This document shows positions 24,783 through 32,860 of a DNA stretch of 32,860 nucleotides, piece by piece (position 1 is the stretch's first letter; each line of letters opens with the position of its first letter). Below the pieces are notes generated by a model. That model saw nothing but the letters and a program-made list of their open reading frames with translations. It was not told the DNA's origin and did no database searches. This DNA comes from Dicyema japonicum (Eukaryota; Animalia; Dicyemida): contig RDEW01000155.1 in NCBI GenBank assembly GCA_011109175.1, forward strand, positions 1 through 32,860. The letters run 5' to 3'. Position numbers and translations under genes: made by a program.

Positions 24783-26356
24783 TAACTCCTACAATAACTG
24801 GATGACAAATTTCCAAGCGATTTTCAGGAACGTCGAGATTCCGTTCCTGTAATGTGACCTAACAGACTACCCACGTGGGATTGCCAAGTTTATGCAATTA
24901 ACCGAAATATAAGAAAACAGAAGTTCACTCTTTTAAGTCACATTGACTAAACCAAGAAGGAATTTGCTGAAGAACCATAGCAACTGGTCTTAGGCATTCG
25001 AGTGGGAATCGATAAGAAAAGGCCTAGAGAATGTACTAACTGATGTGCCGATGTATATGTAGTAGGTGACTCTTGACAAGCGGATCTTATTGACTCAACC
25101 TTCTGGGAGAGATTCGGAGAGATAATCTGGGTTTTCATTAATTTCAGGGTTAATTTGTTCCATAATATGTTAGTGTTATCGTGTGTAGAGTTAATAAATA
25201 AAATAATTACAAAGACCACTGGTAAAAAAAATTAGCAAAACTCATTGATCCTGACGTGTTCCAGATATTCCAGATTGGTCTATAGGTAAAGAAATTGTCT
25301 TCCGGTGGGAAGGAGATTTGGATCATTTTAAATGCCGGCCAGGCATTGGGTGTCTCGTTAGTAAAGTGGATCCAATGACGCCATCAGAGGGAAATGTCAC
25401 AATAGTTAGTTATTAACTAGTCAACAAACAAAACATGTTATAATAATGATAACATCATAGACAGCGGTTTCACAATCTAATGATACACGTGATCTTAACA
25501 TGCCTTCGCAAAGACCTCAACTAGGCCCGATGTTGCTTCCTCGATCCCACACAAGCACATATCGGACGAAAAACTAAATCTTCGTAGTCAAAACAATACG
25601 TTCCACGGTTCATGCGTATATTGGATTCTATAGACATTGGATGGTGGTACCCTAAGAAATATATCGTTCCGTAATATAATAGACTCTTTTTTGGCTAGCA
25701 TTGCTAAGGTCAACGATAAAGTTTCAGCAGATATGAGTGGTTTAATATTCGTGAGCAATTATGAGGATGGTAGAGTATGAAAGAATTAACTTCGGATTAG
25801 CAATATTGAATTTGTAGGCAAAAGGATGTTAAGCTTTGACAAATGGTCCTCATTCGTCAAATTAATTGAATAATATTCAAGAGATCATTTTAATTTAGTT
25901 TTCAATCTAACAAATAAAAATTAACCTTAACTCTAATCTAACAAATAAAATTAACCTTAGATTAAGTAACTTTTAAGTCAACAATTTAATTTTTAGGTCA
26001 ATTTAATTCACTTTTAAGGTCATTTTTTGATTCTAAAGGCAACTATCAGAATGCCGAGATTTAATGTCATTTTCTGTCTGATATTTGAAAAATCCGTTGA
26101 TCGGTCACTCCCATCCCAAGTTGAGTCGAAAACAGCTCTTCAGCAATATTGAGGGAAACTCTCCGGGCAGAGATTTTAGCAGCAAGCTTTTAAATGTATG
26201 TACCGATCGCAATTGGACTGACACTTCCATCTCCTTTTCGAAATACCAATAAATGTCCAAAAAAAAGAAAATCTCTATTCAAATTTTAGAATATCATCAT
26301 TAACTATTAGAGTGAGCATCAAAATGACGACGTTAGCAAGGCACGGCCAGCCTCAG

Positions 26357-26423
26357 CAGTAGCTTCGGAGGTTAAGTCCTTTACATGCTTGGGCGCAGTT
26401 TGTCCAGACCTCCGAAGCTACTG
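26357..26423. repeat. Perfect 16-bp inverted repeat with a 35-nt loop
   Basis: cagtagcttcggaggt (26357-26372) and acctccgaagctactg (26408-26423). Confidence 0.95.
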
Positions 26424-26852
26424 GAACAATAGAATTTATTCTATGCACAACTTCGAATTACGAACTGACCGATCTATGGGAGCGACCAAGATCTGATGCA
26501 TCCTACATAATAGCTTTTGGCCTCCTACAAGTTAGTAAGGTTGGGGTTACTAAATTAACAAACTAATCATCCTAGTTTGATATGTAAAGGGAAATACAAG
26601 ACCCGATTGAATTAAAAATGACGAACTTAAAATTCGTTTCAAAAACGAATCAATTTCTCACTTGTTGGCATATATTATCAAACTACGATTCTCGAAACAA
26701 TGAGACTCGCTCACAATCATAAAAAAAGAACGAGAAGCCATGAACATTTTCTATGCATAGGTTTAATTTCATTGGATTAATTAACAAGAATGTTCTTACT
26801 TCTTAAATTTAAAAACATTTATTGTTAAATAAAACGTGTTTTATAAAAAAAA

Positions 26853-26896
26853 NNNNNNNNNNNNNNNNNNNNNNNNNNNNNNNNNNNNNNNNNNNN
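26853..26896. other. Assembly gap (N run)
   Basis: Run of N bases. Confidence 1.
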
Positions 26897-26897
26897 G

Positions 26898-27022
26898 ATT
26901 TATAAACATTTTGCCTTCCCGACGCTCGACTGGGTGATTTGAAGGCTATTAGTAGCTGCGATTAACCATTCGACTCCATGATGGCCAAAATCTGCATAAA
27001 TCCATATCACTGGGAACACGTG
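26898..27022 (+). pseudogene. SMAD MH1-domain C-terminal fragment with one frameshift and one stop
   Basis: IYKHFAFP/DARLGDLKAISSCD*PFDSMMAKICINPYHWEHV versus SMAD IYxRLWRWPDL..LK...CxxxFxxxxxxVCVNPYHYxRV; the C-x11-C-x4-H zinc-ligand spacing is preserved. Confidence 0.75.
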
Positions 27023-28402
27023 AATTGCAAGTACATCATTCTGCCATTAGGATTGTCGATGAATCAAACGAAACTTAGTTAATCTCAAAATTGAGTGTTT
27101 ATCCAGATTATTCCATGAAAAACTGTGCAGAGAGTTCGACCGATCCTGTTGATAGAATACTATTCGACAATTACTCATATTTAACCATGACAAGAATTTC
27201 TACATATCACTACGATTTTTATAATAATGTAAATATACAACAATATTTTAATTCTCATATGATTTGAAAAATGGGTGAATTAACGGCCATTAAAAAAAAT
27301 CTTTGTCGTAGAACATTGTGCAATTAATATTATCGAAATATTACGTAATGTGTCATTATGGCTTCTCTAGACGATGAATGTACAAGTGAGAGGTTCTACA
27401 CATTTTGAATACATCAATTTTCATTAAAAAATATGTCGACAGTCATCTTAAAAAACATGCTGTCTTATAATTTTGATGTTAAATCATGTGGCATTGAGGA
27501 TGCTGGTTTTGTTATTAGGCTGGTTATGAAAATGTTTGTTATGAAAGTACTGTGAGTAGTTTTGAAATTGTTTATTGACTTATGATTATGTCTGATAACA
27601 GTCCTCATACTGATTCTCTGTTTCCGTTTGAAATTTTTGAAATAGTAAGAAAAACGAGTTTATTGATAGGCAATTGATCATTGGAACGTCAGCTTTATAT
27701 TAAATGTTGCGCAACTTTACGTGAAATTACATAATTAAACAGTCAATAATTCAATTTAAATTGATTAGAGGTTTCACTCGGATTTGTGCACGTGAGAGCT
27801 AGAGGTTTACGAGATTATTGAGAGGGACCAAGACTTTCGTCTAATCGAACCAGTAGTCTCCAATCTTCGCATGCAACTTGGACAAAGCTCTACTGAGAGA
27901 TAACCTTTAACTGTCTTAAAAATATCAATCTAACAATCCCTTTTCTTTCCGAAAGGCTATGATACTCAGTCGAGTCCCTCCATAGTTATATTGACACACT
28001 AGGGATTTGAGTTGGATTTGATGACTTTTTATAGTTTCAGAAATTTCATGTATATAATCTCCCGATTCAATCATTTCACTCATGTATGTAAGAAAAATGG
28101 AGACGATGTCATATTTACGTGAGTCGATGATCGCATTCTGTGATCTCAGTATCCTTCTGACAAAACGATTTATTAGTGTCTCTTCAGATTCCACCGATTA
28201 CATTTTTTAGTCTGTTTCTATAAAAATGTATGGCAACAAGTTTTTACTTTGCTAAAGTTCAAAAAATTCATTATTCTTGCTGGCTCTTTCCGTCAAACAT
28301 GTTCTTGGATGAAGATTCTGCTGGAACGTTACATAATCAAGGTATCAGTTTTTCAGTTTAACCATGGTCATTGGAATAAACATATTCTTTGCTTAATCCA
28401 AG

Positions 28403-28576
28403 AAAAGAAACCCAAGGTTAAACGTCTACTCGTGTCGACCAAATCCAGTGTCCAATGATAAATTACAAGCTTCCGCTTAAATAGAGAGAAAAAGAAACCC
28501 AAGGTTAAACGTCTACTCGTGTCGACCAAATCCAGTGTCCAATGATAAATTACAAGCTTCCGCTTAAATAGAGAGA
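28403..28576. repeat. 87-bp tandem duplication
   Basis: The unit aaaagaaacccaagg...atagagaga is repeated; it is visible as a repeated 29-aa block in ORF 28368..28619. Confidence 0.95.
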
Positions 28577-29309
28577 TGGAGGAGTATCCCGCCGTCTTCC
28601 ATTTTCGTCGCACGTCCAACCGTCGCGGTGATCATTTCATTCTTTAGTGGAATAGGATGTTTCATAAAATTTCGTTGAGTTTGAAAACACTAAGTTTATA
28701 TTCCTTGGAAAATTTTTCTTTGTAACTTGAATTCCTATTGCAAGTGATATTGCAGATTTAGAATAGCATGATCTTTCAATGGATTGATCACAAAATGGAA
28801 CAATCCCTTCCATGTTGAATGGTCGTCAATTGTGAGACGTATATAAATCCGACTATCTCGTTCAGAATAATAAAAACTGTAGTGGATATATATATCTCAG
28901 ACCTTAAAAAAGTGTCTTATATATATCTATTTCAGACCATAAAAAGTTGATGCTTATAAATGAGGTTTGTATATACAGTGGGGCAAATAAGTCATGACAA
29001 CCCTTACATAAATTTTTAATTTTTTATTTTTATAATAGAATATAGCATATTTAATAATGTAAAAATATTTACGATTTAAATAACTGTTCTTTGTTAAATT
29101 TATTATTTTTTAATTGATTCATTATTTTATATCGATTCGAATCTCAATTTCGATGGAATCTTGATTTTTTCAGTGAAAAAAGGTCATGGCAACATTCACA
29201 TTTTTAACTATTTTTTGTTTTTTAGGCACCAACAAGTCAATGGGTAAATTAATTATTCATGTCAATTTACATGATTACATTTCCAATTATTTCATATGTA
29301 TACTGAAGT

Positions 29310-30140
29310 ATCCTGACGCCGTCGGGAGCCTGGGATGAATGGATGAATTTGTACCTGAATGCTCCGGCCAATTGTGATAAGCAAAAGTCCTATTTGTTTT
29401 GTGTCTTCGAAAAGAAAAAAGAGTCTCTTGAAAAGACGGAAGATGTAAGAAGGCTTGCCTGCCTCAAAACAGCCAGTTGTCACTCGACGGGGGCCTGGAT
29501 GAACGCTTATCCATCTGCCAAAATTGGAAACCTGTTGGATGATGAGCCTGTGAGAATAGCTAACTCGCTTCGTCTTGGTCTTAAATTGTGTGCCGAAAGA
29601 AAATGCCGCTGTGGACGTTGGATCGATCCTTTTGGTTATCATTCCTTGTCATGCAAGATGAGTGCGGGTCGATTCCCCAGGCACTCCTGTCTTAACATGA
29701 CATTAAAGAATTCCCTTGCCTCTGCTGGACACCATTGCCTGTTAGAACCTGCTGGTCTTTCCCGAAACGATGGAAAACGCCCTGATGGGATGACGACTTT
29801 TCCATTCGCCAACGGACGAAACCTGATCTGGGACGCGACGTGTGTTGATACTTATTCCCTGTCTAATTTGGTTGCTTCTGCTTCAGACCCAGGACACGCT
29901 TTAAAGCAGGCCGAGGAACGAAAGAGGAGGAAGTACCAGAGAATTTCGGAGGAGTATCTATTTGTTCCATTCGCGGTGGAAACGTCAGGAATCCTTGGCC
30001 CCAAGCAGATGAGTTGGTTCGTAAGATCGGCTCCATGATTCAAGCTGTAACCAAGGATCCGCGAGAGACTGGTTGGTTCAGAGAACGTATCTCGTTGGCT
30101 ATTGTTAGGGGAAATAGCATGGCCATTCAGATGCCTTAAT
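29310..30140 (+). mobile_element. CRE-like 3' fragment, the best-preserved copy (one frameshift)
   Basis: GAWMNAYPS, LRLG, CRCGRWIDPFGYHSLSC, GRFPRH, LEPAGL..DGKRPDG, WDATCVDT, AEERKRRKY, FAVETSG, then RERISLAIVRGNSMAI in the next frame; TAATT tail. Confidence 0.92.
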
Positions 30141-30386
30141 TTAATTTTTATTCATTTGATAATAAAATTTCTTTATCTAGATTATACAGGGTTATTAGTA
30201 AATATAAAAAAAATATTAAAAAATATAAAAAATGTATTAATTTAAAAAATTTAATTTTTTTTGTTGTGATATATATCAGAATTAAAAAATTTTTGTTGTG
30301 TCAAATTAAAGAAATAAAGACTTAATGGTCAGGGAAAGGAGGCTGGTGAAATTTCAGATATAATACAGTAAAGTTTTACAATATGC

Positions 30387-30722
30387 CCATATGAATTATA
30401 GAATAACTTGTCCGAATGTAATAGGAAAGAGCATTCATTACAAATCAAAGAGCAAAAAGTACGAGAACATGAAGATGATAAAATATATAGAAAGCTCTCG
30501 AAAACTTTTAATATTTCAATCAGCTCAATTAGTAACATTATTAGATTTAATCGACCATATGAATTATAGAATAACTTGTCCGAATGTACGAGGAAAGAGC
30601 ATACATTACAAATCAAAGAGCAAAAAGTACGGGAACATGAAAATGATTAAATTAATAGAAAACTTTCGAAAACTATTAATATTCCAAACAGCTCAATTAG
30701 TAACATTATTAGATATAATCAA
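30387..30722. repeat. 168-bp tandem duplication of the Tc1 N-terminal HTH region
   Basis: ccatatgaattatagaataac starts at 30387 and again at 30555. Confidence 0.9.
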
Positions 30723-31244
30723 TATTATTATACCTAAGTTAGGAACGACAAGAAAAATACAAGATATTCTTGATTTTTACTTATTCGAAAAGTTACCTAA
30801 CATTCTCGGACAGCAAGAAAAGTATTATATCAAGATTTAAAAATGGAAGGTACAGTTGTATCTATGCGAACAATAACATACATATTTCCAAAGAAGACTA
30901 CATAAGAGAGACCTAAAAAAACTTCTTTTCTTACAGAAAACATAAAAAAGATGGATCAAAATTCGCAAACTTTTCAATTGAGAAAGATAATTTATTATGA
31001 TAATTCTTTGATCAGATGAAACAAAAAATATAATTGTCTAGGAAAAATTATACATATTCATTTAGGCGAAAACCAAATATAGCATTTCAACCATAATATA
31101 CAATACCAACTGTAAAGTATAGGGAAAGATTATCATGATTCGGGGGTATTTCTGTTTTTCAGGAATAGAAGATCTATATTTTATTGGTGGGATAATGAAT
31201 TCTTCCAAATAATACCACATATCAAATTTTTAATTACAATTTAA

Positions 31245-31640
31245 ATTAAATAATTAACACTGCAATCTATCTGAAGTGGAACCGTCGACATAATCGACCA
31301 GTTGCCTCTCACAATTAGAACAGAGATCAACTGAAAAAGCCACAGGGTCGCACGTGCTTAGTGACTTTTTAGTGTAGCTAGGCGTCCAAGTTTCTTTAGG
31401 AAGCGAAACGATTTCCAACTTATTTCTCTAGTTAATCGGTAGCGGTATTTCTTCATTGTCCTCATCGTTTTTATCTGCGGTGTACAGTGTATCTACCACA
31501 TCCCAAAAATGTTAAATGGGCAAAGAGAATTGACACAAATAGCAATCCAGACCTAAGATTTCCCCTCCTCGAATGGGAAAATTGTGATTCCGTCAAGTTG
31601 TTTTTTGTTTCCTTTGTCTAAGTCAACAGGTTCAAGTATG
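31245..31640 (-). mobile_element. CRE-like REL 3' fragment, duplicate of 21535-21960
   Basis: Nearly colinear with the 21.5-kb copy and at the same position in the Tc1 DDE region; ends at a gap. Confidence 0.85.
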
Positions 31641-31767
31641 NNNNNNNNNNNNNNNNNNNNNNNNNNNNNNNNNNNNNNNNNNNNNNNNNNNNNNNNNNNN
31701 NNNNNNNNNNNNNNNNNNNNNNNNNNNNNNNNNNNNNNNNNNNNNNNNNNNNNNNNNNNNNNNNNNN
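31641..31767. other. Assembly gap (N run)
   Basis: Run of N bases. Confidence 1.
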
Positions 31768-31769
31768 TT

Positions 31770-32258
31770 TTGCCGACGGAGTGCTGGTCGAGCCCCGCGC
31801 CACGCAGCCCTCAATGACATCATCTTTCGAGCCCTTAGGCTGCGGGATTTTCGGCCCAATTGGAACCATTGGGCTTAGACAGAGGCGACGAGAAGAGGCC
31901 GGATGGAATGACGTTATTCCCATAGTCCCACGGAAAATCACTTGTCTGGGACGCAACGTGTGTGGACACCTTCTCAGGAGCCAGATTGCTGACGGCGACG
32001 TACTCTCCTGGAGACGCAGCCGACCAGGTGGAGGTCAAGAAGATCCATAAGTACGAATTCTTTGGAGATCATTACCATTTCGTCCCCATTGCTGTGGAGA
32101 CAACTGGAACTGTAGGCGCGAAGACGGAAGCCTTTCTCCACTGCATTGGAAGCAAACTCGCCTCAAAAAGGTGCGAGCCACGGGAGGGACTCTGGTTGAG
32201 GCAGAGGCTCGAAATGGCGATTATCAGAGGTAACGCCTTCGCCATTCTGTCGTCCTAA
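31770..32258 (+). mobile_element. CRE-like REL 3' fragment
   Basis: LEPLGLDRGDEKRPDG, LVWDATCVDTFS, FVPIAVETTG, LRQRLEMAIIRGNAFAIL; TAATT tail. Confidence 0.9.
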
Positions 32259-32860
32259 TTATTTCCTAATTTTCATTATTAAATTTGGTTTATTTAAAAA
32301 AAAGACAGGGACAATAAATTGTCTTGATTCATTTGCTAATAAAAATGTCCTGTTCTGAATAAGTACCCAAAAACTGGAAGAACTTGTTAATAAAGACAGA
32401 AATGCTCGACGAGATCGAAATCATCATTCTTTGTGAAGATTATAATGTCGACGAGGAAACTATTGATACTAGAAATGGAGAATTTTCGTCAATACAAATT
32501 ATTAAATGGATTTAACTATGTAAAAGACAGAACAAAATTCAATGAATTTTCAGCAATGATAGAATTTGGAATTTTGAAAAATTTAAATACAATAAAAAGT
32601 GTTAATTCAAAAGAATAAAAGACAGACAACGATTTATGACTTCCTGGTGGATGTTATGGTATGTAAAAATTCTTTAAAAAAATGACCACCTCTGTGAAGA
32701 GGTTTCAAGTTAATTCATAAAATCATGCTCCATATGACTTGTTCTACATTATATCTTATCCCTAAGAAAGACGTGGCCATTCCCCAAAGGACATAATACC
32801 AATACGTGTATGCCCAATTTATGCTATTTGGATACAAATTGTTTGACTAGAATATTATTC

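Larger units (their letters stand above)
28976..31230 (+). mobile_element. Tc1-family transposon (IR/DR type), 5' end and N-terminal to mid transposase, with CRE insertions
   Basis: TA|CAGTGGGGCAAATAAGTCATGACAACC at 28974-29002; inner DR at 29171-29193; paired-like RKEHSLQIKEQKV..YRKLSKTFNISISSISNIIR; NTIPTVKY..IMI(R)GYF..GIMNS. Confidence 0.85.

Noticed and set aside
1739-25860. Stop-codon reassignment as the cause of in-frame TGA/TAA/TAG in gene-like stretches
   Set aside because: All three stops occur together with frameshifts, and the ELOVL and RT ORFs read through under the standard code; ordinary decay explains the pattern.
27300-27660. Possible SMAD MH2 or P-element/THAP transposase remnant
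   Set aside because: No diagnostic motif could be recovered by eye.
30391-30840. 149-aa ORF with an internal repeat
   Set aside because: It is an off-frame reading of the 168-bp tandem duplication in the Tc1 N-terminus.
32345-32618. Possible FLYWCH/MULE transposase start
   Set aside because: Only a weak GFNYVKDR resemblance; the W, C and H residues are absent.

Overview
AT-rich eukaryotic scaffold segment with three N gaps (13495-14181, 26853-26896, 31641-31767) and two single-N joins (9984, 19122). It is mostly a nested transposable-element graveyard. The only clearly intact host gene is an intronless ELOVL6-like fatty-acid elongase (14617-15423, minus strand). DNA transposons: two Buster/Charlie-type hAT remnants (one with TIRs and an 8-bp TSD), a 1.4-kb Ginger-like element (43-bp TGT...ACA TIRs, retroviral-like integrase), Tc1 remnants with an IR/DR end structure, and pogo/Tigger fragments. 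Retrotransposons: an APE-RT LINE that begins with a 2A-like peptide, RTE-like RT fragments, and six 3' fragments of CRE-like elements encoding a restriction-like endonuclease. Between them lie decayed, intron-retaining host gene fragments: BRR2/SNRNP200, a SMAD MH1 domain and a tentative CFAP47-like piece. Several reading frames, including the Ginger-like integrase, are restored by removing ultra-short (about 18-29 nt) GT-AG or GC-AG segments. This points to an animal with miniature spliceosomal introns; a dicyemid- or myxozoan-like host is an inference, not shown. All protein-family calls come from motif recognition by eye. No searches were run, most element boundaries are approximate, and some 1-bp frameshifts may be sequencing errors.
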